Of a stretch of DNA of 64,000 bases, positions 37,246 through 48,805 are shown piece after piece. Origin of the DNA: Stegostoma tigrinum (Eukaryota). The stretch spans positions 3,286,001 to 3,350,000 of the forward strand of contig NC_081396.1 in NCBI RefSeq assembly GCF_030684315.1, given 5' to 3'. The stretch's first letter is position 1. Each line of letters begins with the position of its first letter. The position numbers and the translations under genes were made by a program. Under the pieces are notes generated by a model, which was not told the DNA's origin, searched no databases, and worked only from the letters and a program-made list of their open reading frames with translations.

Positions 37246-37353
37246 CAGAGATAACGGGAACTGCAGATGCTGGAAAGTCTGAGATAACAAAATGTGGAGC
37301 TGGACGAACACAGCAGGCCAAGCAGCATCTTAGGAGCACAAAAGGTGACTTTT
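37246..37353 (-). mobile_element. Penelope-like terminal fragment
   Basis: gggaactgcagatgctgga...gaacacagcaggccaagcagcatc matches the ends of the 17.5 kb element. Confidence 0.8.
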
Positions 37354-37578
37354 TGCGCACTCATCATTCAGCCTGTGGATTAAGCCTTCAGACATATTGA
37401 GTGAAAGGTGGGCTTACATTAATGGGTGGCAAGTTATTGAAGCATTAACCTAAATGACTGCATGAAACAAAATCAGATATCAGTATAAAGCTGTACAAAC
37501 TTGGGAAGATATAGAATTACTGATGACCCTTGATGAAAGAATTAAGCAAATTCAAGGTTTGTGCGTATTCATTCAAGG

Positions 37579-37584
37579 TTTATT
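37579..37584 (-). terminator. Candidate polyadenylation signal for membrane mu mRNA
   Basis: First AATAAA I found on the - strand downstream of the TM2 stop (~450 nt). Confidence 0.55.
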
Positions 37585-38029
37585 TACCGTTTCAGACAGC
37601 TTTTGTACCGAAAAGTTCATGTCAAAATCACCAAAAATGAACATAACGACTCGATGCCACATTGAGATGATAATGCCTGAGCTCTGAGCTCTGAATTTTA
37701 CGCTCATCGGTAACAGTAACCAGAGGAAAAAATAAGAAATGGGCTCAACGTAAAGGACAGGGAACAATTCTGAATTAGGAATGACAAGAACAAAAACACA
37801 AATTGACTTCAAACAATTGGGAAACAACAAAATTTTGCAACAATAATTATCTTGACGATCAAACAAGGTAATTTGGAAAACTCATTGAATAGTTTCTGAG
37901 TTACACACTCATAAACTGAATTGATCTCACTGCTAGTGTCAACAAAAGGACAGATAGTATATTTGGATCCCAGTGGCCTCGATACACATAAAATTTCTTC
38001 CAGGAAGTTCTATGACGTGGCAAATTCAT

Positions 38030-38038
38030 TCACTTGAC
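38030..38038 (-). CDS. IGHM: IgM TM2 exon coding part (VK*, giving cytoplasmic KVK)
   Basis: Acceptor ctctttttcag at 38039, then GTC AAG TGA; 139-bp TM1-TM2 intron. Confidence 0.92.
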   Translation of the reverse strand, partial: VK

Positions 38039-38177
38039 CTGAAAAAGAGTGATTGGAGAATGGTTTAAATATCGATGGTCAGGGCATTCAGGGTTTAATT
38101 TTAATTTAATGACACACTTTGAGATTTCACAAGCCACAATGGTCTGTTTGAAGCGTGAATGATTTCATTATTCTCAC

Positions 38178-38305
38178 CTTTACCAGCGTGACAGCAGCAC
38201 TATAGAAAATGCTCAGGAAGAACAAGGTGATGAATGCTGAAGCTGTTGCCCAGATGTTGCCGTTATCATCCTCAAAATCTTCAATCCAATTACGATCTAT
38301 CGAAT
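38178..38305 (-). CDS. IGHM: IgM TM1 exon (acidic spacer + transmembrane helix)
   Basis: Acceptor ttcatag at 38306, donor AAG|GTGAGA at 38177. Translates DSIDRNWIEDFEDDNGNIWATASAFITLFFLSIFYSAAVTLVK, with the conserved antigen-receptor TM pattern W-x-T-x-x-x-F-x-x-L-F-x-L-S-x-x-Y-S. Too short for the ORF track. Confidence 0.96.
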
Positions 38306-40009
38306 CTATGAATATAAAGCCGAGACAATGGATTTAGATTGTCCATTGGTCCAAATGACAAATCTTTCTCTAAATAATGTCATCAGGGACCATTACAATT
38401 TTTTCAAGCAGTCAGGTTGTTCTCAAATTTGTTTCTTGATTTCTGTCTCTTATTGAGTTAATTACTCTCAGGAATAACTTGCTAATACTAATTTCACATG
38501 CTCTTCCTTTGTTATCCATGTCTGAACATTTCGAAGCATTTTATCATTTAAAATGTTCTTGGAGAGTATGATCATTGTTATCATTCCAGGTGTACTGTTT
38601 GGGAATGACTGTAGTAATTCGCTCATTATATTTTCAAAACAGGCTGTGGCAGCTGTTAAAGTTGAATATTGTGGTCATCATTGGAGAAGAGTGCAAATGT
38701 GATGACTCATCTTCTTTATTTATATGCGTTCAATTGCTTGAAAAATCATGACCAAAATTTGGATTCAGAGTAAGATCTGTTGTTTTTTTATTTTTGTGAA
38801 CTTTTCCTGTGTTTTTGCTTTATTGTTTGGGTATGTGGTTATGAGTGTCTCTCCCTTCACAGTTTTTCACGTTGAAGCTTATGCATAACTGAACATGTTC
38901 ATGTCACCTTGGTGCTGATGTGTTCATTCACATCTTTGTGCATGTGTAGGTAAATTGTGTTCAGTTCAGAAGTGTAAGCCATAATATCTTAAGATGCCAC
39001 TTCATTCGTTGATACCTATCTTTACTTTTTATTGATTTTGTGATTTTTATGTTGTGTCGTGCTAATGAAAACGTGTGTTAAAGTATCGATTTTTTCGAAT
39101 CTCCCAGACTTAGATTATTTTCATGATTGTACTCCATAAATGTGTTCCGTTAGTATATACCTTCATGTTTTGATTGATGTGTATATTTATGTGATAACGT
39201 GATTTCTTTGGCAATGCATCCTCACCCATCTCCCTGATACGATTTCTTGTGCGAATGCATGTGAATGTTCATTGTTGTGCCATTCCCGTTTTGTTGCCAA
39301 TATCCCACTGTGTTTTGAACTTTGCACTTCTAAGTCGGCATTTGAGACTCATAAATTGTGTGTCTGCGTGACCGTGTTTCTGTGCTGATCAAATAGTTTA
39401 AAATTACGTAACTGAGCTGCATCTTTCTTCATATGGCTATCCTTTCTGCAAGTGGGGTAATAATGAGTTTAAAATTTATGTTGCTCTCATATATGTCTAT
39501 TTGAGTGCACCTGTGGAAGGATACATCTGGGATATTGTATGTGTGTTTATAAATGCATGTCCGTACGTATTATGGTGTGTGAATGGACATGCATTCATGA
39601 GCATTTGTGTGCTGAGGTGTGTCTACGTTTTTCGTGATTATGTGCAGTTATCACTGTTTATTTGGGTGTGTTCCTGCTATGCACTGGCCTTTGGTCTTTT
39701 TTAGTGAGAATGTACACGACAGCTCAGATATCATATGCAAGTATGCCTGCCTGTGTGTATCCATCCGTGACAGCTTATCTGTATGTGCATTTCTGTTAGC
39801 ACACATGTTTGTCCCTTCAAGTGAGAGCTTGTATATACGTGTCTTTAGAGCGTTTGTGAGTGTTTGTCTGAATCTGTGTTTGTTTAAGGTCTGAAAGCAG
39901 ACTGTTATTTTTTCCTTGTTGAGCTATTTTAATCGATTACCATTGATTACATCTGATCCAGATGATGTGGGGAACATTTCTCGCCGTTAAGGGGAGATAA
40001 ACACTTTGT

Positions 40010-40330
40010 TAGGGAGTTTTGAGAAGATTTATAGCTCAGGTTTTGGGTGGAAGTTTGCTCGCTGAGCTGGAAGATTCGTTTTCAGATGTTTCGTCACCAT
40101 TCTAGGTAACATCATCAGTGAGCCTTCGCGGAAGCGCAGGTGTTATGCCCTGCTATTTGTGTATGTGTTAGGTTTCCTTGGACACCACCAACCCAAGGAA
40201 ACCTAAACACATAAATAGAAAGCGGGACATAACACCAGCGCTTCACCGGAGTCTCACGGTTGATGTTACCTGGAATGGTGATGAAACGTCTGAAAATGAA
40301 CCTTCCAGCTCAGCGAGCAAACTTCCATCC
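40010..40330. mobile_element. Palindromic Penelope-derived element (second family) in the Cmu4-TM1 intron
   Basis: Arms 40044-40181 and 40193-40331 are imperfect reverse complements. Hammerhead-like core in each arm. 13-bp TSD ATAAACACTTTGT (39997-40009) / ATAAGCACTTTGT (40331-43). Confidence 0.8.
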
Positions 40331-41297
40331 ATAAGCACTTTGTGATTGATGCAGGAATGTTGGACATAAAATATGTACAAGGCATGTGAAAGAAAGTGAC
40401 ATTCGGTGTTTGTATCCCAGAACTGAGTCCACGGGTTACAGGATTTTGATTCAAAAGTGTGGAAAATATTTGGAATAATGCCAGTTTAGCTTTGAATGAT
40501 GCAGAACCAATTTTAACAAATGATTAATGGACCAAGCGTGTCCAACAGGCTTCAAAGGAAGTATGTTGTGTGGAAAATTTAAATCATTGGTTGTAAGGAA
40601 GAAGCTGATTGTTCCTGTAAGCTGCAAAATCACATTGCAGCGGGCGTACAACGTGAAAACTCGGCAAGGGGATTGAGCAGATAGTCTGTTAATTGTTATA
40701 CTCTCTTCTCCCTCAGCTCGACAAGAAAAAAAAACATTCTCCCTGTCATATTTCACATGAAAGTGAAGATAAATTGTGTCGACTGATGCACTGTTGCGAG
40801 ATCCCTGGCAGTCTCCAGATAAAAATAGGATAAATTCAAATCATTCTGAACACTACATGCTTTTTGCCCAAAGCAGTACTATCTTGTTGGACTGTTCTTT
40901 TAGAGAATAATTTTAAATGTCTCTAACGTTTATATTCTCAGTTAGTGCAATGGAGCAGTTTAAAGCTGGCATGAAATTTATAGACATGGGACATTGAGGA
41001 ATCAGGGAAATAAAAATCATAATTCGTGATGTTCATTTGCGATGAATTGGGCATTGCCAAATTTTGTCAAAGTGTGATTTAGGTTGGATTAGGTACTTTG
41101 CAGAATCCTGCGATTAGTGAACTTCAGTCTATCACTGAACAGGGCCGATCTGAGCAAGGACCATTAACTGTGCAAGCAAAGGTTATAGACGTGCTAACTG
41201 CCGACATCGACTGGCAGGACAAAATATTTTTAAAAGTGGGAAACACAATCAATTAAACTGTTGTCAATTTACATCACAATTGGAGGAAAGAAAATGG

Positions 41298-41312
41298 TTT
41301 ATTAATTTTATT
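41298..41312 (-). terminator. Tandem AATAAA polyadenylation signals for secretory mu mRNA
   Basis: Two AATAAA on the - strand (41312-41307 and 41303-41298), ~30-40 nt after the secretory stop codon. Confidence 0.85.
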
Positions 41313-41339
41313 TAATTCGTATGTGTAACCTTGAGACTT

Positions 41340-41731
41340 TCATTGGCATGAATTAATGGTGTCCATGAGTGCAAGCGAAATATTCACAAAGCTCGGTTTA
41401 CCGCTGGATTTATCAACTGTTCTGTTGATGATCTTCAATGGAATCGCTTCATGCCCCACCACACAGGAGTAAGAAGCACCGCTGGCCCACTCCTCCGCAG
41501 CAATGGATAATAGGCTGTACAAGAAGAAGGAGGTGTTATCGCTCTCTGCCGTCACCTCGGTGTTCTTATAGTTAGTGGGATTAACCGGCTTGTCATTGGT
41601 TGTCCACTTGACAAAGATCTCTCGGGGCCTGAAACCTCTCACTAAACAGGTGAGCGAAACAAACTTCTGTGCGGAGACGTCTTCTGTCGTTGGCAGGAGG
41701 ACAGAAACCGATGGCTCCAACGGATTTATCA
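41340..41731 (-). CDS. IGHM: Cmu4 exon including secretory tailpiece (internal donor at 41401 for the membrane form)
   Basis: Acceptor ttctgcag at 41732. Translates [14 protein letters not shown]...[18 protein letters not shown]...[43 protein letters not shown]. The tailpiece has an N-I-S sequon and penultimate Cys; AGC G|GTAAA is the usual cryptic donor. Confidence 0.97.
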
Positions 41732-42183
41732 CTGCAGAATATTTGAAACAAATATTAATTACTTTTAAAAGTTCAAGAAGCAATATTGGAATTTCACCGA
41801 ATATTCAAATATTCCATGTTTACGTTGGGATTTATTCATTTTCATTTTTTAAAGAAACAGAATGGTATTCATTCTATTCATTAAAAAAAACGTTTCGGTC
41901 AATAGTGGTCTCCATGTTATCAGCCCAGAAATAGGAAATTTCGTCCATTTGTCGTCACTGGTGTTTACATAACAAAACTCGAGGTCTCCTCCCAATTTGT
42001 TTGACTTATCACAACAGAACATCCTTGAGTTCAATTTGTTTTTATCAGTTATTTAGCTTTCTTGGCAGGAAATGATCTTTAATCCTCCCAGTGGTGTTAC
42101 TTCATCATCAATCAAAGCATTCTAACAATTTAAGGGGTCTAAACTAGAGATGGCATATTTTGTGCATTCATTTCTTCACTCAC

Positions 42184-42489
42184 ATTTCTCCTTGTGGATA
42201 GAGTGTCTCAGTGGAGTTGGTAGATACTGATTGTTCACCACGCATTCAAATGTATCCCCACTCAGCCAGGCCTCAGTAGAAATATCTAACTTGCTGATCA
42301 CACCTTCCGAATGCTCTCCGGACTGGTCAACAATCTCTGATTTCAGAGTCTTCTTGTCGTGCATCCAGGTGAAGTTGGCTTCAAAATGAAGGTTGTACAC
42401 AATGCAGGTTAACGTCACCGTCGCCTCCAGTAAGACCTGTTCGACTGGTGGCGGTAGTATTTTAGCTGTGTAATCATGGCACTCTGAAA
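42184..42489 (-). CDS. IGHM: Cmu3 exon
   Basis: Acceptor ttccaatgtag at 42490 (an in-frame alternative tttcag lies 6 nt downstream), donor GTGAGT at 42183, 306 nt. Translates VSECHDYTAKILPPPVEQVLLEATVTLTCIV...FTWMH...EAWLSGDTFECVVNNQYLPTPLRHSIHKEK. Confidence 0.95.
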
Positions 42490-44428
42490 CTACATTGGAA
42501 CAGAAGTCAGAATCAATGAAAAAATGCCTCTTGAGAAAGAAAACACCGGTATTCAGTCAATTGACTCCCACTTTGAAGAAATCACTTTCGAGAGGGCAAC
42601 TTCGAACTGTTCCTGCAATGATATTTCCTTTTGTTCATATATTTTGATTTGTGAAAACATTGTTGATTACCTATGAAATGCCCTGTGTAATTACTATCAA
42701 AGAAAACCAGCTTTGCAACAAATGAATCCTGTGTAAATAAACAAAATCATCACTGGTACCACGATTTAACCCATGGACTAATTTCCTTTCAGATTTCTTG
42801 TCTCACTTCAGGCCAACTACTGATACTTTTGGCAAAACTAACCTCCAATCAAAATAATGAATTTATTCTTTCCCTTTCACAAGGCATGTGTGGAAATGCT
42901 GCTTGTCATGGTGGGTGCCAAATCAATTAACAATTTTAGCAAACCTGTAATCTAACTAGTTAGTTTCTTATTCCTCGTGTAATTATGGATATTTTCCGAT
43001 GTTACAGGAGTATGGAGCTTCCACGGAAATTCTATTCAATGTAATTTAACGTAATGGAAATTAAGTTGCATTATTGGTGTGAGATCGTTCTCAAAAGTAG
43101 CTCGTGAAATATTATTCCTCGTGTGCCGAATTTGCAGAAGACCTTAAAAAGAGACAAAGAATACAGCCTTCGAAATAGAGTAGGACACTCGTCCACTCTA
43201 GACTTCCCTCCACTACGCCCTCTTCAGTGAGACATTGATTGGGCTCTACTTCCACTTTATTTAGGGAACGACAATCTTAAATTTCTTCACAGAAAAAAAA
43301 AGTCAAGTCGGGAGAGTTTAACATTGATGTGTAAACTCACCTGATATTTGCAGTGAAAAATTTCAACCTTCCACAACTCACTGCCTCAACATATCCATCC
43401 TGAAACAAGGCTAAAATACATTGGCTCTCATGCTGAGTCCATTCATTCCAATTGCGGCATTCCAAACAGCACAAATTGTCCTGTCATTGCCACTAATTAC
43501 AGGAAACGCCTAAAACATGCTCGATAAGATCAAGTTTATAACTGTTAATCAAATTGTATCCTCAATTGGTCACTGTTTTAGTGCCATGATTAAAGTTAAT
43601 GAGCCATGTAACATGTTAAAAAAATCAAGAAAACGCTCCAGGTCAACAGGCAATTCCTAATCTTGGAACGAAATATTGAACACAATTTGCTTTATTTTCA
43701 AATAATAGTCACTTAATACCTTACCATGTCATCTTCTGACTTCAAACCAAAAGAGCATAACCAGAAGATTCAGTCAGTCAAGCTTCCTCTGCCATTCGAT
43801 CATGGCTGATATGTTTCTCAAATGCATTCTCCCGCCTTCTCCCAGTACTAAGCACCAGCCAATCGAACTCTATGTTAAATATTCCCAAAGACGTGACCTC
43901 CACAGCCCTCTGGGGCAGTGAGATCCACAGAATAGTCACTCCCTGGCTAAAGATATTCCTCCTTGGTCCAATTCTATATGGTCATCCCTTTGACTTTGAG
44001 GCTGTGTCATCAGACCCTTGTCAAATTTTTAGTGAAAACATTTTCTCCACACCAAACCTATCCCAGTTTCTCAGTGCTTTCTAAGTTTAACCGAGGTCTG
44101 TTCTCGAGGGCTTCAAACCCCACAATTCCTTTATCCTTGAATCCATAACCAGCAGTGGATTCTGTATTCACACTACCTCTCCAAGTATTGTCAAACGACA
44201 AATGAATCCAATTAACTATCATGTGTCATCAAAATAGTGGAAAGCATGATTCTCTGATTTGAATTATGAGCAATGGTGATGGAAAACTCACAATGAAATG
44301 AGATACACCCTGCATGATCTCAGATTATGAACTTTCCCATGCTGTTTACTGAGCTTGATATAGTAAGTGTATTGGATTTGCATCAGTGATCAGTATTAGG
44401 ATTCTTTCTGTAGTAATGCATCTCTTAC

Positions 44429-44740
44429 CCTGTGGCCCAGTGATGTTTTGACGTTGAATAAGCCCTTCATGGTCGACCTGACATGTATAGACTGCTCTGT
44501 TGAACCATTCACTATAAGGGACTCTCAGCTGACTGGTCGTTGAGAAGTTTCCGTTTGTTTCACACACGGCAGAAGTGAAGATACCAGATTTTACCTCTCC
44601 TCCATTCTTCAACCAAGTCACAGAGATTTGCTTTGGATTGAAGTCAAAGACTGAACAGACGATGGTTGCAACTTTTCTGTGCTCGATTTCTTCACTGGAA
44701 CTCACAGTTACGAGAATAGTTGGATGGGCACTACCGTTAC
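44429..44740 (-). CDS. IGHM: Cmu2 exon
   Basis: Acceptor tgttttcgaaag at 44741, donor GTAAGA at 44428, 312 nt. Translates CNGSAHPTILVTVSSSEEIEHRKVATIVCSVFDFNPKQISVTWLKNG...EWFNRAVYTCQVDHEG...NITGPQ. Confidence 0.96.
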
Positions 44741-44999
44741 CTTTCGAAAACAGATCGTGTAAGTTATCTGATTTGAGAACAAATATTGTCAGTTCTTCTC
44801 TTTCAATGCTCATTGCGGCTAATAGATACTTGATGAAACATTACAAGGATACTATTTATGCAGAATAGAGCAAAAGGTGTCATTCAGGCAGAAAGATCAG
44901 CAGGTTGATATCAAGGCCTAAAATTGGAAGAAACAACAAGTACTCAATGTGGAACAGAAATTATACATCAATCAAATCAAGGAAAGAATTCCAACGAGT

Positions 45000-47480
45000 T
45001 GAAGAGATAAATGAGGAAATTAAGCAGTTGACATCACAGAGATATGTTGAGAGAGGGGAACGGCACATTATGACTGGAGATACAGCCTTCAGGTGAGTCA
45101 CAGAAAGTTATGAAACAGAGGTGGGAGGTGGAGGAGGTGATGGTTTCTGTCGTAATATCGAGCAGTATGCCTTCCGTAGTAATGAGGAACGAAATCGTCG
45201 ATACCTCCTCAAATGAAGGCACATGAAAAGGACCAAAAAACCAAAATAAAGCAAAAAGCCTGCGAGGAGCGCAAGAAAGGCTCCTTGACAGGCCCGAGAG
45301 ATATGAGTGCAGATACATCAGCAAATTGTCAGACAAGTGTCCATAAATAGGGTAATGATTGTTAGGATTGCGATTTCCCCAATGTAGGCTGGTCATGCAT
45401 CGTTTCAAGTGTCCAGAAGGAACAGATTTGTGAAATTGAGCTTTTGAAAATAGTGCGTTGGAGGCTTTGCAAGCGAGGCTGAACGTGGACTTAACTTTAG
45501 GTAATGAGACTGAAAAAGTGCTTTATATATCAATGGAGAAGCATTTTGCAGAGATTGATCACAAATTCATTGGATTCAATATTGTTCGGCAAAGTGAGAG
45601 TAATAGGCCTGAACCCAAATTATGAAACATAAAAAGGTCAAACTTGTAATGATCGGGTACGATTTGACCAGAGTGAACTGAGAACGGACATTTAATAGTA
45701 AATGTGAGTTGGAACAGGAGGGTGCATTCAAGGAGGAAGTGCAAAGACTAAAAGGCGAACATGTATCAACAAAGAAAGGACATGTGATGAAAAATGAAGT
45801 GAGCCCTGGACATCCAAAGCCATACTGGATTATCTCAAGACATTCAAAAAAAGCTTGTGGCATGCATCGAATGTTCAAAACAGTGGAAGCTCTCAAGACG
45901 TACAGAATATGCAAGAGCAAGTTTGAGAAGAGAAATTCAGCGAGAAACACAAAACATAAAATTCTGTTGGCACAATATTGTAAAATATGTTAAATAAAAA
46001 AAAGAGCTGAGGTACAAGTTGATTAATGACAGAAGGATAACAATGGAAACAATAGGGCTCATTAAGTGCAAGAGAAGTATTATTTGCCTGGATTAACAGC
46101 CCGTCGGTTCTATTATAAATGAATACATTGTGTCGCAGTTCACGATTAAAGTGAAGTTGCGGGTGTAGAAATCATGGAGAATAATTGTGATGTGTTTTAG
46201 GAAATCTGCATTAGATGAATGGATGTTCTGTGTTGTATTACGGTTTGGATGAAATGTACCCAGGGGTGTTGACAGAGGAAAAGGAGGAAATGGTTGAGCT
46301 GATGGCAATAATTTTGAAGCCATTTTTGGCCTCAGGGGATAGCCCAAATGGCTGTGGGTCAGTCAAAGTGGTATCACGGAGAAAAAGGGGGCAAAATATA
46401 AACCACAGAATCGGGGGCAGTCAAACTCGGCGCAGACGCAGGAAAAATGTTGGAAGCAATTCCAATAAACACAATTAATCTTCGTTTGGAAGAGTTTAAT
46501 TAAAAAAAAAACTTGTCAAATTTTATTGAGGTGTAGTCATCTCGAACGAACATGTAGGAATTTTTCAAAGATTGACAATATGGGTAGATGATAGCAAAAC
46601 TAAGAGGCAATGGGATCTGAGGAAATTTGATTGCATCCAGAACTGGCTGAGTGTCAGGAATTGGAGAGTGATGGTCGTGGTGTGTTTTTGTGACTGGAGG
46701 TCGTTGCCTCGTGGTGGCCTGTGGGTTTCAGCATAAATATTGTTGCTGTTTGTGATGTCTACCAACAATTTAGGCTTTAATTTGGAAGATTTGACCAGAA
46801 GTCTCACAGATGGAATGAAAATTGTTGAGCCGGAAGTATTGACCTCAAAAATTGTGCAGCACAGGAGATTTGAAAAAGAAAAAGGTGACTCGATGGGCTG
46901 ATCATGACAAATAGAAATCCTTCTGGGAAAGTGTGAGGTGATGCATGCATGCTGAAAAAAAGTAAGATTTGACATTGCAAGTGGTGGAATCCTGAGATGC
47001 GCGAGATTTCTGCATGCCTACCTCTTGCTTATCGCTCAGAGACTTGCCAAAAAGTCATAGAGTCGTAGATATGTACAGTTTGGGAACAGGCACTTCGGTT
47101 TAACACGTCCATTGTGAACAGATATCCCAAATAATCTGACAACTTTTGCCAGCATTTGCCACATTTCCCTCTCAAGCCTTCCAGTTCTTGTACACATCCA
47201 GATAACTTTTAAATGTTGTAATTTTACTCCACCAGTTCCTCTGCCATCTCACGTGGTTCACATGTCTCCCTTTGGATGGCCCCTGTTAAATCTTGGCCTT
47301 CTCAACTTAAACCTTTGCCCTCTAAGCTTTGGACTCCCATATCCCAACGAAAACACATTGGCTGTGCACTATGTTCATATTCCTCACAGTTTTATAAACT
47401 TCTATCAGGTCTCTAGTCTTCAACTCTCCGGGGAAATTAACCCCATCTTATTCAGCCTTTCTCTGTAATTTAAATCATCC
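45000..47480. mobile_element. Degenerate CR1 fragments in the Cmu1-Cmu2 intron
   Basis: Plus-strand EN/RT remnants (GDxxFR, LGxxDFP, IQNWLSxRxxRV) and a minus-strand 3' fragment at 47.05-47.48 kb. Confidence 0.65.
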
Positions 47481-47797
47481 TCTCGTTTCGAGTGGAATGA
47501 ATCATTCAGACAAGGTTGGAATTGAAGCTGAGTGCTTGAGAGTCATGTTGAAGGTGCAACCCTAACGATATCAGAAGCTTTGAGGCAAATACTTGCATTG
47601 TCAAATCAACAAGGCAATTGATCCTGTGTTAGTAAATTGTATCAGAATAGTTGTGTAGTTTTCTTAGATTGGCATTTAATCGATGGGACAAAGGTCATTC
47701 TCTCTTGTGCATTTATGATTCTGTGAAAAGTGCAAAGAATCATGCCCTATTCACATAAAGCACACACATCGGTTTACCTGGTTCCCACAACACTTAC

Positions 47798-48094
47798 ATG
47801 GCATTTCAGTGCTTGTGTCGGATCCGCTGTGTCGAACCTCACAGATAATTTTTTCGCATTCTGCCTCTGACTCGGTGAGCACTAACTGACTGCTCAGGGT
47901 GTAAGTTCCCTTCTTGTTTCTCACCGATGGATATGTCTTAACTCCATTCGGAATCGGCTCCCCACCTTTCTTCCAGGTCACTTTGGTGGTGTCAGGAGAA
48001 TAGTCCATCGCCAAACAACCAAAAATCACAGAGCTGTCAGTGCTGTGGTGCCCACAGGAGGCTAGACCATAAAGTATCGGGGAAGACGGTGTCA
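47798..48094 (-). CDS. IGHM: Cmu1 exon
   Basis: Acceptor ttctttcccag at 48095, donor GTAAGT at 47797, 297 nt, phase 1/1. Translates [15 protein letters not shown]...[10 protein letters not shown]...VTWKK...YTLSSQL...ICEVRHSG...EMP, a C1-set Ig domain of shark mu type. Confidence 0.96.
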
Positions 48095-48136
48095 CTGGGA
48101 AAGAATGCCAGATTAAGCAAGTTAGACTCTGTTAAT

Positions 48137-48450
48137 TCATAGAATCCTGACAGAGTGCAAACAGACCATTCAATCCAACACGTCTACACTGCCAGTCGGC
48201 ACAGCATCCTATCCAGAACCATTTCCATCCCCGAAAATCCTGAATTTCACATGGCTAATCCACCAAGTGTGCATCCCTCTGGGCACTGTGTGCAATTTTG
48301 AATGGTCATTCCAGCTCACCTGGACATCCTTGGACTGTGGGAGGGAATGGGAAAACCCTTTAGAAACATACGCAGATACGCTCAGAATGTGCAAATCCGG
48401 CACAGACAATTATTCGAGGTTGAAAGCAATCGCGGTGCTGATAGCAACGT
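48137..48450 (-). mobile_element. Degenerate HE1-type SINE just upstream of the Cmu1 acceptor
   Basis: Reverse complement of the SINE body (catggctaatccacc...tggactgtggga...tgtgcaaatccggcacagaca). Confidence 0.65.
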
Positions 48451-48646
48451 ACAATCAGCTTATTTTTGGTTCATGTTATTTGTTGTTCTGTTATTTCGAT
48501 CTCCAGAAACATGCCTTGTACCTTCACCATTATGTTATCACTAAGGAATAAGAACACTCCAAGCTCACCACAATTCAGTTTTGAAAGATTTTACCATAAA
48601 GAGGATTGACATTCATTTGGATTACAAGTGAATAGAGGAGACGTTA

Positions 48647-48805
48647 NNNNNNNNNNNNNNNNNNNNNNNNNNNNNNNNNNNNNNNNNNNNNNNNNNNNNN
48701 NNNNNNNNNNNNNNNNNNNNNNNNNNNNNNNNNNNNNNNNNNNNNNNNNNNNNNNNNNNNNNNNNNNNNNNNNNNNNNNNNNNNNNNNNNNNNNNNNNNN
48801 NNNNN
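48647..48805. other. Assembly gap (159 N) in the J-Cmu1 intron
   Basis: Run of N. Confidence 1.

Noticed and set aside
5200-37500. Further constant exons (IgW/delta-like) or a second V-D-J set downstream of TM2
   Set aside because: I found no Ig-domain ORFs or RSS pairs; the recognisable ORFs here are retroelement-derived.
47772-47780. Second donor CAG|GTAAAC after Cmu1 that would add a Cys-rich CKCCGNQ hinge
   Set aside because: It is 20 nt downstream (phase 0), so splicing to Cmu2 would frameshift.
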